Assembly (NCBI GenBank): GCA_034432135.1
Contig: DAOUCO010000116.1
Span: forward strand, 2,310 to 66,309
Direction: 5' to 3'
DNA length: 64,000 nucleotides
Origin: Dehalococcoidales bacterium
Lineage (GTDB): Bacteria > Chloroflexota > Dehalococcoidia > Dehalococcoidales > RBG-16-60-22
Of this stretch, positions 45,366 to 55,288 are shown piece after piece. Position 1 is the stretch's first letter, and each line of letters opens with the position of its first letter. The notes under the pieces were generated by a model. It was not told where the DNA came from and searched no databases. It was given only the letters and a program-made list of their open reading frames with translations. Both the position numbers and the translations under genes were made by a program.

Positions 45366-46451
45366 ATGATGAGTAACAAACGAGAAGCAGTGACTGGCAG
45401 ACTTTCCTTCCTCGATAGGTTCCTGACGCTGTGGATTTTCCTGGCGATGGGGATTGGGGTTTTACTGGGGTGGGGCTCGCCAGAAGTGGGCAAGTTCATC
45501 GATTCATTGAGCGTGGGTACGACGTCTATCCCGATTGCCGTCGGGCTTATCCTGATGATGTATCCGCCGCTAGCCAAGGTTAGGTATGAAGAAATGGGTC
45601 ATGTCTTCCGCAACTGGCGGGTGCTGCTTTTATCACTGGTGCAGAACTGGGTTATCGGGCCTATATTGATGTTTTTGCTGGCAATACTGTTTCTAGGTAA
45701 GATATGGCCGAACTACGACTATATGTACGGGCTGATTATGATTGGCTTAGCACGGTGCATCGCCATGGTCATCGTCTGGAACGAGTTGGCTAAAGGCAAT
45801 CGGGAATACGCCGCCGGGCTGGTGGCTTTTAACTCTGTTTTCCAGATTCTTTTCTATACGGTGTATGCCTGGATTTTTATCACGATACTGCCGCAGTGGT
45901 TCGGGCTGGAAGGTTCTACCGTTGAAGTCACCATGGGGGAAATCGCTAAGAGTGTGTTCATCTATCTTGGCATTCCCTTCTTCGGGGGTATGCTAACCAG
46001 GTTCTTTCTTCTCAAAGCTAAAGGCCGTGAATGGTACGAGGGTAAATTCATCCCTAAAATCAGCCCCATCACACTAGCAGCGCTACTGTTTACAATCGTA
46101 GTGATGTTCTCGCTCAAGGGCGAGCTTATCGTGCAAATACCTTTAGATGTGTTAAAAATAGCCGTACCTCTTTTAATCTACTTTGTCTTAATGTTTTTAG
46201 TGTCCTTCTGGATGGGGAAGAAGATAGGAGCCGACTATTCAAAGACTGCGAGTATCGCCTTCACCGCCGCCAGCAACAACTTCGAGCTAGCCATCGCCGT
46301 AGCAGTAGCGGTGTTCGGAATCAGCTCTGGACAGGCGTTCGCCGCGGTTATCGGTCCACTGGTTGAGGTGCCGGTACTCATCAGTCTGGTTAATGTGGCG
46401 CTCTATTTCCAGAAGAGGTATTTCAAGGAGAAGCCTTCGAGTACGATATAA
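45366..46451 (+). CDS. acr3: Arsenite efflux transporter, ACR3 family
   Basis: [23 protein letters not shown] is a typical Acr3 N-terminus, with about 10 TM segments. The start is placed at the ATG after AGGAG (the track ORF begins at 45309). Confidence 0.85.
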   Translation: MMSNKREAVTGRLSFLDRFLTLWIFLAMGIGVLLGWGSPEVGKFIDSLSVGTTSIPIAVGLILMMYPPLAKVRYEEMGHVFRNWRVLLLSLVQNWVIGPILMFLLAILFLGKIWPNYDYMYGLIMIGLARCIAMVIVWNELAKGNREYAAGLVAFNSVFQILFYTVYAWIFITILPQWFGLEGSTVEVTMGEIAKSVFIYLGIPFFGGMLTRFFLLKAKGREWYEGKFIPKISPITLAALLFTIVVMFSLKGELIVQIPLDVLKIAVPLLIYFVLMFLVSFWMGKKIGADYSKTASIAFTAASNNFELAIAVAVAVFGISSGQAFAAVIGPLVEVPVLISLVNVALYFQKRYFKEKPSSTI

Positions 46452-46467
46452 ACTTGAGATAAAGCCA

Positions 46468-46620
46468 ATGAAGAAATCTGTCACACTAATACTCAATAAT
46501 GAGGAACTGATGGAGCTCCGACGTGTCCTGCTGGATGAAGACGCTGAAGCGGCTCTCCAGTTCTTGAAGATCTACCTGGGCAAGCAGGTAAAAGCGGCAA
46601 TTTCCGGGGAAGGCCACTGA
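46468..46620 (+). CDS. Small hypothetical protein (50 aa)
   Basis: MKKSVTLILNNEELMELRRVLLDEDAEAALQFLKIYLGKQVKAAISGEGH. Starts 17 nt after the acr3 stop, with a weak SD. Confidence 0.3.
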   Translation: MKKSVTLILNNEELMELRRVLLDEDAEAALQFLKIYLGKQVKAAISGEGH

Positions 46621-46747
46621 AAGCCCTGGTTTGAGCTCCCGGGGAGGAGCTTTAGCGATAAACTTGATATTATGTGAGCATAAGTAGAGTTTATTGCCTG
46701 GTTTTGTTTCATAACGTATTATACTAAATAATAATAGGAGGTTAAAC

Positions 46748-46816
46748 ATGGAAATAGTCGTTATTGGAACAGAACCGCCCTGCATCCGTTGCCCCACCAA
46801 CTTCTATTTCCATTGA
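46748..46816 (+). pseudogene. 22-codon stub of a CxxC thioredoxin-like gene
   Basis: AGGAGG precedes MEIVVIGTEPPCIRCPTNFYFH and a stop. The conserved-looking EPPCxRC start is cut off after 22 codons, just before the next gene's start region. Confidence 0.4.
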
Positions 46817-46864
46817 CAATCTATTTTTCCCACTCCTACAATTGAATTAAGAGGAAATGAGAAA

Positions 46865-47860
46865 GTGGTTATTGTAACCGGGGCAACAGGTCATATAGGT
46901 AACGTTCTTGTGCGGGAGCTTCTTGCCAGGGGAACAAGTGTAAAAGCCTTGGTTTTACCCAGCGACGATACGCGCCCGCTCGCTGGATTGGATGTAGAAA
47001 TTGTTCACGGGGATATCACTGACCCGGAAAGCCTGAAATCGGCTTTTAAAGGTGTCGATATCGTTTTCCATCTTGCCGGTATAGTCACTATTATGCCGAG
47101 AATGGCGAGCATACTTGAAAAAGTTAATGTCGGCGGTATACGTAATGTTATTGACGCCTGTCGCTCCTGTAAAGTTCGTCGGCTTGTCTACACCAGCTCC
47201 ATCCATGCCATTGCCGAACCACCTCACGGTACGATTATTGACGAGTCGCAGCCTTTTTCGCCCGACCATGTCCTGGGTGATTATGCCAGGAGCAAAGCCC
47301 GCGCTACATTATTGCTTCTGGATGAAGTAAAAAAAGGTGGCTTGGATGCAGTTATTTGCTGCCCGACGGGCGTTATCGGCCCATGGGATTATGGTATTTC
47401 CAATATCGGTCAGCTTATCATCGATTTTGCCAGCGGACAGTTGAAGTCTTATGTCGGCGGAGCTTATGATTTCGTAGATGTACGCGATGTCGCCCGTGGC
47501 CTCATTCTCGCCGCGGAAAAAGGCCAATCCGGACGTCATTATATCTTCTCCGGCGCGCAGGTCCAAGTTCCGGAGTTGATGAAAGAACTGGAGAAGGATA
47601 TAGGCTATCCTGCGCCCACTTACAGGATACCTACGGTAATCGCACGCGCTGCCGGCGTCCTTGCCAGTGTCTACTATCGGTTGTTACGAATGAAACCGGT
47701 CTTTACCGCTTACTCCATCGATGTACTGCGGAGTAACTCATTAGTCAATTCTGCGCGGGCGCGTGAAGAACTCGGCTTTAGTTCCAGACCTTGGCAGGAA
47801 TCCATCCGCGACCATGTGGCGTGGTTCCGCTCGGAGGGCATGCTACCCACGCGGCGGTAG
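46865..47860 (+). CDS. NAD-dependent epimerase/dehydratase (dihydroflavonol-reductase/HpnA-like)
   Basis: VIVTGATGHIGNVLVREL Rossmann motif and YARSK catalytic motif. GTG start. Confidence 0.8.
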   Translation: MVIVTGATGHIGNVLVRELLARGTSVKALVLPSDDTRPLAGLDVEIVHGDITDPESLKSAFKGVDIVFHLAGIVTIMPRMASILEKVNVGGIRNVIDACRSCKVRRLVYTSSIHAIAEPPHGTIIDESQPFSPDHVLGDYARSKARATLLLLDEVKKGGLDAVICCPTGVIGPWDYGISNIGQLIIDFASGQLKSYVGGAYDFVDVRDVARGLILAAEKGQSGRHYIFSGAQVQVPELMKELEKDIGYPAPTYRIPTVIARAAGVLASVYYRLLRMKPVFTAYSIDVLRSNSLVNSARAREELGFSSRPWQESIRDHVAWFRSEGMLPTRR

Positions 47861-47895
47861 TTTAAATTTGATGTGTTTTAACAGGAGGAAAGCCT

Positions 47896-48633
47896 ATGGA
47901 CCTGCAATTAAAAGATAAAGTGGCTCTGGTGACCGGCGCCGGTAGCCAGATAGGCTACGGTAGGGCAATATGTTTGACTCTCGCGGAAGAAGGCTGCCAT
48001 ATTATCGCCGCGGACATTATTCTTGAAGGAGCTATGAAGACTGCCAAGCAGGTTGAAGCTTTAGGTCGTAAGGCTTTAGCTATAAAAGTCGACGTTACCA
48101 AGCAGAGCGAAGTGGATGCCATGGTGGCGAAGGCGATAAAAAAGTTCGGCAGGATTGATATTCTGGTCAATAACGCCGGTGCTAGCAGTGAGTTGCGACC
48201 CTTTATAGAAATGACGGAGGAAGATTGGCAGTTCGATATCGGTGTAAACCTGATTGGTCAAATGAGGGTCGCCCGCGCTGTGCTGCCGCATATGCTTGCC
48301 CGCAAGTACGGTCGCATTATCAATACTTCCGGCGGGCAGGGCTTCCCTCTCATTTCTATTTACGGGGCTGCTAAGGGCGGCGTCGTCCAGTTCACTAAAG
48401 CCCTGGCGAGAGAAGTCGGCGACAAGGGCATCTTTGTTAATGCCGTGGGTCCTGGACTCGGCAAGACTGGCTTGGTCTGGCGTGCTCCGAAAGAAATGCT
48501 GGAAGGTGAGAAAGAGTCTTCTTTACTCAAACGTCTCTGCGAGCCTTCCGATGTAGCGCCGGTGGTAGCTTTCCTGGCTTCAGACAAGTGTAGCTATATG
48601 ATGGGACAGCTTATTCAGCTTGGCACATCTTAG
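47896..48633 (+). CDS. Short-chain dehydrogenase/reductase
   Basis: TGAGSQIGYGRA, NNAG and YGAAKGGV motifs. Confidence 0.8.
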   Translation: MDLQLKDKVALVTGAGSQIGYGRAICLTLAEEGCHIIAADIILEGAMKTAKQVEALGRKALAIKVDVTKQSEVDAMVAKAIKKFGRIDILVNNAGASSELRPFIEMTEEDWQFDIGVNLIGQMRVARAVLPHMLARKYGRIINTSGGQGFPLISIYGAAKGGVVQFTKALAREVGDKGIFVNAVGPGLGKTGLVWRAPKEMLEGEKESSLLKRLCEPSDVAPVVAFLASDKCSYMMGQLIQLGTS

Positions 48634-50252
48634 TCCTTAATCAGCGCGTCCCACGGCGTTTCTAGCGGTGGCACAGGTATCTCTATGAGCACCGGTCGGT
48701 CGGCTTTAAGGGCTTCGCTAAGTTTTATACCCAATTCCTCTTGTTTTTCCACTCTCATCCCGATAGCCCCAAAAGCCTCGGCAAATTTGACATAATCAGG
48801 GTTATGCAGTTTGTTACCGATATACCTTCCACCGAACTGCTGGCGCTGGATATTGCTGACTGTTCCGTAGGCTTTATCGGTGAAAATCAGGGTAACGACG
48901 TTTATTTTTTCTTGCATGGCTGTTGCCAGCTCCGCAGAAGCGTAAGGAAAGCCCCCGTCCCCGCATACCGCCACCACGGCTTTATCCGGATTGGCAACTT
49001 TGGCCCCGAGGGCGGTGGGAAAGGCGAATCCCAGAGTTGCAAAATAGGATATCTCTATGTACGAATATAGTTTATTAGCAGGGTAAGCGATATCGCACCA
49101 GTAACCGATGTTCGTAATATCCGGCACCAGGATGCCGTCGTCTCCCAGAACGCCGTGAATTGTATCAATAACTGACATTTGAAAAGGGCCGGCTTTTTCC
49201 AGTTTTTTCTTTAAACCCTTGCGTAGTTCATCGATTTCTTTTTCCTGCCATAAACTGGACGTACGGTTGCCTATCGCATTTAAAATCGCTTTCATAGCGA
49301 GACGAGTATCTGTAGAAATTTCTAGGCCCGTGAGGAAGTTCCTCCTTAATTCCCCGGAATTGCAGTCTACCTGGATGACGCGCTGGTCTGACTCCAAATG
49401 GAAACGCGTGTTACCAGCTGCTCTCAACCTCGCCCCGATTACTAGAATAGCATCGGACTTTTTGAAAATAGGATTCAGCCAGAGTGTGGCATTGCCTCCG
49501 CAGAAGGGATGGCTATTAGGTATCAGTCCCAGCGCTTCCGGTGTCATGACAACCGGCGCTTTGAGTTTTTCAGCCAGTGTTCTTACTTCGGTAGAAATTC
49601 CGGACTTAACTGCACCCCGGCCGGCCAGTATCATTGGCCTTCTGGCTTTTTTAAGAGTTTCTACGGTTTTTTCTATATCTGCATCGTTCGGAGGAACCGG
49701 CGCCGATTTTTCCGTGCTCGAGAATACCATTTCGCCCTGTTGTGCCCACAGGTCGAACGGTACTTCGATTTCCACCGGGCGGGGGCAGCCGGTCTTAAGC
49801 TCACGGAGTGCCCGGCAGAGAATATCCGGTATGTCCTCCGGTCGCGTTGCCCGGCCGCAATACTTGGTCAAATAACGGAATATTTCCAGCTGCTCGTCCA
49901 GTTCGTGCAGGACGCCGCGGTTATACCCAAGGTGCTCACTTTCTATCTGTCCGGAGATGAGTAGAACTGGTGCTGATGATGAATAAGCGGTACCGATAGC
50001 GGCTGTCGTATTCAAAGCCCCGGGACCAGGCAGCACCATAGCCACGCCTATTTTACCCGTAGAGAGTGCATAACCGTAAGCCATGTAAGCGGCCGTCTGC
50101 TCATGGCGGACGGATATCCAGCGGATATTTTTATCGCGGTAGATGGCATCGAGAGCACCCATAATCTGCACGCCCGGCAGCCCGAAAATTACCTTTATTC
50201 CGTCACGCACTAATAAGGCTACCAGTGCTTCGGCGCCGCTCATTTTAACCAT
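48630..50252 (-). CDS. Thiamine-diphosphate-dependent enzyme (acetolactate-synthase-like)
   Basis: 540 aa with TPP N-, middle and C-domains. Has the GDGGF...N TPP-binding motif (VCGDGGFPYASAEL...). Confidence 0.8.
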   Translation of the reverse strand: MVKMSGAEALVALLVRDGIKVIFGLPGVQIMGALDAIYRDKNIRWISVRHEQTAAYMAYGYALSTGKIGVAMVLPGPGALNTTAAIGTAYSSSAPVLLISGQIESEHLGYNRGVLHELDEQLEIFRYLTKYCGRATRPEDIPDILCRALRELKTGCPRPVEIEVPFDLWAQQGEMVFSSTEKSAPVPPNDADIEKTVETLKKARRPMILAGRGAVKSGISTEVRTLAEKLKAPVVMTPEALGLIPNSHPFCGGNATLWLNPIFKKSDAILVIGARLRAAGNTRFHLESDQRVIQVDCNSGELRRNFLTGLEISTDTRLAMKAILNAIGNRTSSLWQEKEIDELRKGLKKKLEKAGPFQMSVIDTIHGVLGDDGILVPDITNIGYWCDIAYPANKLYSYIEISYFATLGFAFPTALGAKVANPDKAVVAVCGDGGFPYASAELATAMQEKINVVTLIFTDKAYGTVSNIQRQQFGGRYIGNKLHNPDYVKFAEAFGAIGMRVEKQEELGIKLSEALKADRPVLIEIPVPPLETPWDALIKD

Positions 50253-50363
50253 TATAACCTCCGAGCCATTATCAGGCTTGTGACTTTAATTATATTATAA
50301 AATGTCTGGTTAGGTAACTGGCAAATATTGAAGCTGCCATAAATGTTATGACATAATTGAAAA

Positions 50364-50921
50364 GTGTCAGATACCAGCTTTACCTCTGTTCTCATAATCG
50401 CTATTAGTTTGTCTACCGATTGCTTTGCTGTAGCTTTAAGCTCCAGCATTACCGCCAAGAATTTTACGCTTTACCGGTTTGTTCGTTTACCGCTCAGCTT
50501 TGGTATCTTCCAGGCTTTAATGATAACTATCGGCTGGCTGGCAGGACGCTCTATCATTGATTTTATCTCTGTTTATGACCACTGGGTCGCCTTTGGGCTA
50601 CTAGTTGTTATCGGCGGGAGGATGGTTTATGAATCTTTCCATGAGATAGATAAAAAGAGTGTCAGCGGTTGGCTCAGTCTTTTAGGGCTTTCTCTTGCTA
50701 CCAGCATCGATGCTTTGGCTGTGGGATTAAGTATTTCCTTCCTAAAAACGGGTATTCTTACGCCTGCCGTAACGGTTGGCCTAACCGCGTTTATCATAAC
50801 GGTAGTCGCCCAGTTAATAGGGAATAAAGTGGGCTCTCTGGTTGGCAAGCGAGCGGAGTTAATTGGTGGTCTTATTCTTATAGGCATCGCCATTAAAATC
50901 CTTTTAGAACACTTGCTTTAA
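50364..50921 (+). CDS. mntP: Manganese efflux pump MntP family
   Basis: Duplicated halves with STDCFAVAL and SIDALAVGL motifs. 185 aa, GTG start. Confidence 0.8.
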   Translation: MSDTSFTSVLIIAISLSTDCFAVALSSSITAKNFTLYRFVRLPLSFGIFQALMITIGWLAGRSIIDFISVYDHWVAFGLLVVIGGRMVYESFHEIDKKSVSGWLSLLGLSLATSIDALAVGLSISFLKTGILTPAVTVGLTAFIITVVAQLIGNKVGSLVGKRAELIGGLILIGIAIKILLEHLL

Positions 50922-50965
50922 AACCCTTTGCTACGTATTCTAGCTATGCTAGAATAAGCTTAGAA

Positions 50966-52810
50966 ATGGATAGAGAAAAAGAGTTCAACAACCCCGTTAT
51001 CGCTGAGCAGCTTAAGCGTTTGCCCCACCGCCCCGGTGTCTATATTTATAGAGACGCGGCCAAACATATCCTCTACGTTGGTAAAGCTAAAGACCTCCAC
51101 CACCGCGTGCGATCTTACTTTCAATCGCCACGGAAACTGGCACCTAAGATTCAGCGCATGGTTACCCGGATAGCTGATATCGATTTTTTTATCGCCAGCT
51201 CCGAACAGGAAGCACTCATCATGGAGGGCAACTTCATCAAGCAGTACCGCCCCCGCTATAACGTTTTTCTAAAAGATGATAAATCTTTCCCTTATCTTAA
51301 AATAGATGTTAACGAAAAATGGCCCCGCGTCTATGTTACCCGCCGTTTCGAGCAGGACGGCGGGCGTTACTTCGGTCCTTTTGCTGGTGCCAGTTCAGTC
51401 AAGCAGACCCTCCGTCTGATAAAGCGACTTTTCCCTGTACGTTTTTGTAGTAAGGATATCACCGGCAAGGCACAGCGGCCTTGCCTGGAATACCATCTCG
51501 GCCATTGTCTGGCGCCATGTACGGGCAACGTGCGGCCCGAGGATTATGCCCAGGTCATTAAAGAGGTCACCCTTTTTCTGGAAGGCAAGCGTGATAATGT
51601 AATCAAAGAATTACAGGCGAAAATGAACCGGGCTTCTGAAGCTATGGACTTTGAAAAAGCCGCTCGCATTAGAGACCAAATACAGGCATTATATGAAGTG
51701 ATTGAGGGAGAAAAGATAGCCGCTGTTATCCGTGGTGATGAGGACGTTATTGCTTTCGTCCAGGAAGGCGACTTTGCTTACGTACAGGTATTGTTCGTAC
51801 GCAATAATAAGTTGACGGGTCGCGAGGGCTTTCTTATGCAGGGTGCCAGCCAGGAAGACCCCGTACAGGTCATGTCCGGCTTTATTAAGCAGTATTATAC
51901 TTCTGCTGCCCAGATACCACCGCTTTTACTTATTCAGTATCCTGTGGAGGATAAGGACGTTATCCGCGAATGGCTAAAGACGAGAAGAGGCGCGTCTGTG
52001 AATATCACCGTGCCTCGCCAGGGTGTGAAAAAGCAGCTTATCGATATCGCTGCTGAAAACGCCCGCCAGGGACTGGAACAGGTAAAGATCAAGGAAATCA
52101 CAGCCGGCAAATCGCTGGATATTGCTCTGGCCGAGCTTGAAAAAGAGCTCAAACTAAATGCCCCGCCCCTCCGCATGGAAGCCTACGATATCTCCAATAT
52201 CCAGGGTAGATCAGCGGTCGGCAGTATGGTCGTCTTTGAAAACGGTAAGCCGAAGTCATCTCATTACCGCCGCTTTAGAATTAAGACGGTTGAGGGCGCC
52301 AATGACTACGCCATGCTGCAGGAAGTCCTCCGCCGTCGTTTCAAGCATAGCGGTACTAAAAATGTTTCTACCGCCGATGCCTGGAGTATTTTGCCCGACC
52401 TCGTCCTTATCGATGGCGGCAAGGGGCAGCTTAATGCGGCCTTGGCTGTTATCAAGGAATTAAATGTTGATGTCCCCGTAATCGGTCTGGCTAAAGAAAA
52501 CGAGGAGATATACCTTACCCGCCGGGCTAAGCCTCTGGTCTTGTCCAGGTCTTCCCCGGCGCTCCAGCTTCTCCAACGCTTGAGAGACGAAGCACACCGC
52601 TTTGCCATAAGTTATTTTTCTAACGTGCACCGCAAAAAAGCTTTCGCCTCTATTATGGACGGCATCCCGGGTATCGGGCCCAGGCGTAAAAATGCCCTTC
52701 TGCGTCAATTCGGTTCTGTTCAGCGCATTAGAGAAGCCTCCATCGAAGAGCTGGTCGCCGCAGCGGGTGTATCGACGGCACAGGCTAAAAAGATTAAGGA
52801 GTATCTCTAG
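50966..52810 (+). CDS. uvrC: Excinuclease ABC subunit C
   Basis: GIY-YIG N-terminus (PGVYIYRD...ILYVGKAKDL), a UVR domain, and a C-terminal (HhH)2. Confidence 0.92.
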   Translation: MDREKEFNNPVIAEQLKRLPHRPGVYIYRDAAKHILYVGKAKDLHHRVRSYFQSPRKLAPKIQRMVTRIADIDFFIASSEQEALIMEGNFIKQYRPRYNVFLKDDKSFPYLKIDVNEKWPRVYVTRRFEQDGGRYFGPFAGASSVKQTLRLIKRLFPVRFCSKDITGKAQRPCLEYHLGHCLAPCTGNVRPEDYAQVIKEVTLFLEGKRDNVIKELQAKMNRASEAMDFEKAARIRDQIQALYEVIEGEKIAAVIRGDEDVIAFVQEGDFAYVQVLFVRNNKLTGREGFLMQGASQEDPVQVMSGFIKQYYTSAAQIPPLLLIQYPVEDKDVIREWLKTRRGASVNITVPRQGVKKQLIDIAAENARQGLEQVKIKEITAGKSLDIALAELEKELKLNAPPLRMEAYDISNIQGRSAVGSMVVFENGKPKSSHYRRFRIKTVEGANDYAMLQEVLRRRFKHSGTKNVSTADAWSILPDLVLIDGGKGQLNAALAVIKELNVDVPVIGLAKENEEIYLTRRAKPLVLSRSSPALQLLQRLRDEAHRFAISYFSNVHRKKAFASIMDGIPGIGPRRKNALLRQFGSVQRIREASIEELVAAAGVSTAQAKKIKEYL

Positions 52811-52812
52811 CT

Positions 52813-53790
52813 ATGCCGGCCAACTTAACGCCACAGTATCTTGAGGCAGAAAAGAATTACCGCGCCGCTAAAACCACCCAGGAAAAAATCGCCTGGCTTG
52901 AAGAGATGCTATCAGTCATGCCCAAACATAAGGGCACCGACCACCTCCGCGCCGAACTGCGCACCAAAATCGCCAATTTGACCAAGTCCATGGGTAAAAA
53001 GGCGGCTACTTCTCGCGCTACTACCAAGATTGAGAAGTCAGGCGCCGCTCAAGTGGCGGTTATCGGGCCTCCCAATACCGGCAAGTCACAAATCGTCGCC
53101 GCCGTCACCAATGCCAAACCCACTGTCGCAGCCTACCCATATACCACCCAGTCCGCCACCCCCGGCATGATGAATTTTGAGAACATTCAGGTACAGCTTA
53201 TTGATACTCCGCCCCTCGGGGAACAACCACCGGAGTGGTGGCTCTTGAATATTATCAGGAGGGCGGACGCTCTTTTGCTGGTCGTCGATTTGAGTCAGGA
53301 TGCTTTAACGCAGGCTGATGTTTTAATTACCTTGTTAAAGGAGAAAAATATAGGATTCGGTAAAAATCCCGCGCCGGAGGATGAAGACTCTCCTGTAAGT
53401 TATAAGAAAGCGTTACTGGTTGCTAATAAAGCTGACCTCGACCCGTCCGGCAGAAACTACCGTGATTTACAGGAGATGTATGGTGGGATGTTGCCTACTA
53501 TCGCTATCAATGCCGCCTCCGGTAATCTTGACGACCTTAAGAAACAAATCTTCCATATGCTTGATGTTATCCGCGTCTATACAAAGACCCCCGGCGGTAA
53601 ACCGGATATGACCGAGCCTATTATTTTAGAGAGGGGTAGTACTCTGGAAATGGCGGCCATTGCCATTCATAAGTCTTTTGCCCAGCGCTTGAAATACGCC
53701 CGCATCTGGGGTTCCGGTAAGTTCGACGGCATCATGGTTAAACGCGACCACGTTCTGCAGGACGGGGATATAATAGAATTACACGTTTAG
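52813..53790 (+). CDS. OBG/DRG-family GTPase with C-terminal TGS domain
   Basis: G1 motif GPPNTGKS, G3 DTPP, G4 NKAD, and a TGS-like end (GDIIELHV). Confidence 0.75.
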   Translation: MPANLTPQYLEAEKNYRAAKTTQEKIAWLEEMLSVMPKHKGTDHLRAELRTKIANLTKSMGKKAATSRATTKIEKSGAAQVAVIGPPNTGKSQIVAAVTNAKPTVAAYPYTTQSATPGMMNFENIQVQLIDTPPLGEQPPEWWLLNIIRRADALLLVVDLSQDALTQADVLITLLKEKNIGFGKNPAPEDEDSPVSYKKALLVANKADLDPSGRNYRDLQEMYGGMLPTIAINAASGNLDDLKKQIFHMLDVIRVYTKTPGGKPDMTEPIILERGSTLEMAAIAIHKSFAQRLKYARIWGSGKFDGIMVKRDHVLQDGDIIELHV

Positions 53791-53808
53791 AGTTATGGCT
53801 CTTTTACC

Positions 53809-54537
53809 TTAACTATTTTCCAGGAATTTACGTATCGTCGCTGCATTCTCCAGTGCATACCCTGCAATATCATTATTAAAATAGATATATATAAATTTTA
53901 AGTTCTTCGCCAATCGTTTTATCTTTTTCGCCCAGTCAGCCATTTCTTCATCAGTGTAACGACTGGAATAAAGACTCTCGCTGCCATGAAATCTAACATA
54001 CGTAAAATCGGTCGTAGCGATAATTGGGGAAGTCAGTTTAGGCATATCGAAAACGCAAAACCCAACCTTATACCGGCGCAAAATATCGTAAACTTCATCC
54101 GTAAACCATGAATCGTGCCTGAACTCAATAACATGTTTTAGTCCGCGCGGTAATATTTTTAAGAAATCAGTAAGCCTATCATCATCGCGGTGTAAGCCCG
54201 GCGGTAGCTGGTATAGAAGAGGTCCCAACTTCTCTTTCAGCAGTTCAGCTCTTGATATGAATTTCTTAATTTCTTCTTTACAGTCTTTCAGCCGTTTGAT
54301 ATGCGTGGTATATCGGCTTATCTTTAGTGCGAATGTAAAATCGGGAGGTGATGAACCATACCAGTTTTTAAAGGCATTCTCCGAGGGCAGGTGATAAAAT
54401 GTATTATTCAGTTCCAGCGTATTGAAATGTTGTGCATAAAACTCCAGCCACTTCGCCTTCGCCAGCTTTTCTGGGTAAAACCTGCCGCGCCAGTCGTCGT
54501 AATGCCAGCCTGATGTACCGATGTAATACTGTGTCAT
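53809..54537 (-). CDS. DUF72 family protein
   Basis: YIGTSGWHYDDWRG.FYP...LEFYAQHFNTLELNNTFY is the hallmark DUF72 N-terminus. Confidence 0.8.
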   Translation of the reverse strand: MTQYYIGTSGWHYDDWRGRFYPEKLAKAKWLEFYAQHFNTLELNNTFYHLPSENAFKNWYGSSPPDFTFALKISRYTTHIKRLKDCKEEIKKFISRAELLKEKLGPLLYQLPPGLHRDDDRLTDFLKILPRGLKHVIEFRHDSWFTDEVYDILRRYKVGFCVFDMPKLTSPIIATTDFTYVRFHGSESLYSSRYTDEEMADWAKKIKRLAKNLKFIYIYFNNDIAGYALENAATIRKFLENS

Positions 54538-54634
54538 CTAATCGCTCCAGCGCTCATTCTAACACCGCCGGAGTGGATTTCCAATCATTTTTTTAGGTTG
54601 ACCATTAATCGCATATTCTATATATTGAATATAT

Positions 54635-55288
54635 ATGCAAAAAACCGCCGTTCAGCTGGATTTTGATGGTACGGTAACCGAGGAAGACGTTAGTTTTCTC
54701 CTGCTGGATACATTTGCCGGTAGTAGCTGGCGTAAATATCTTGACGAATACAACACAGGTAGAATTTCGGTCGGTACTTTCAGTAAAAAAGTCTTCGGCA
54801 TGATGATAGCTGACAGAAAAACCATGACCGACTTTGTCCTAAACAATCCCCGGGTAAAGGTACGTTTGGGTTTTAAAGAATTCGTTGATTATTGTAAGGA
54901 TAATGGCATCGAAGTGATTATTGTCAGTAACGGACTCACCTTTTATATCGAGGCGATGCTCGAGAAATTAGGCATAGACGGACTTGATGTCCATGCGGCG
55001 GAGAACATTTTTTCCCCGGCCGGCATGAAGGTTAGGTATCTTGGCCCTAATGGCAAGGAGCTGGAAACCGGCTTTAAACAAGCCTATACCGATATGCTGT
55101 GTAAAATGGGGTATCGGGTTATTTACGTTGGCAACGGCACCTCAGATATAATCCCTTCCCGTAAAGCACAATATGTATGCGCCACCGCCGACCTGCTGGA
55201 ACGCTGCCGGGCGCAAAATCTAAAGTGTTATCCCTTTAATGACTTCTTTGACGTCATCAAGATAATTGATGGGCTCAAACTTGGTTAA
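54635..55288 (+). CDS. HAD-IB phosphatase (MtnX-like)
   Basis: DFDGTVT motif I, a cap insertion, and GNGTSD motif IV. Confidence 0.65.
   Translation: MQKTAVQLDFDGTVTEEDVSFLLLDTFAGSSWRKYLDEYNTGRISVGTFSKKVFGMMIADRKTMTDFVLNNPRVKVRLGFKEFVDYCKDNGIEVIIVSNGLTFYIEAMLEKLGIDGLDVHAAENIFSPAGMKVRYLGPNGKELETGFKQAYTDMLCKMGYRVIYVGNGTSDIIPSRKAQYVCATADLLERCRAQNLKCYPFNDFFDVIKIIDGLKLG

Noticed and set aside
46618-46653. TGA after ...SGEGH followed by a hairpin (AGCTCCcggggaGGAGCT) as a Sec-insertion site
   Set aside because: The downstream frame is short and non-protein-like (KPWFELPGRSFSDKLDIM). The hairpin is better explained as a weak terminator at the operon end.
16388-46860. Direct repeat of the tRNA-Leu 3' end that would delimit the integrated element
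   Set aside because: No second copy of GGTTCGAGTCCCCC... was found anywhere in the window. The right boundary therefore remains undefined, which is expected for serine recombinases.
50253-50363. yybP-ykoY manganese riboswitch upstream of mntP
   Set aside because: There is no GGGGAGUAG-type conserved core or four-helix arrangement in the 110-nt leader.
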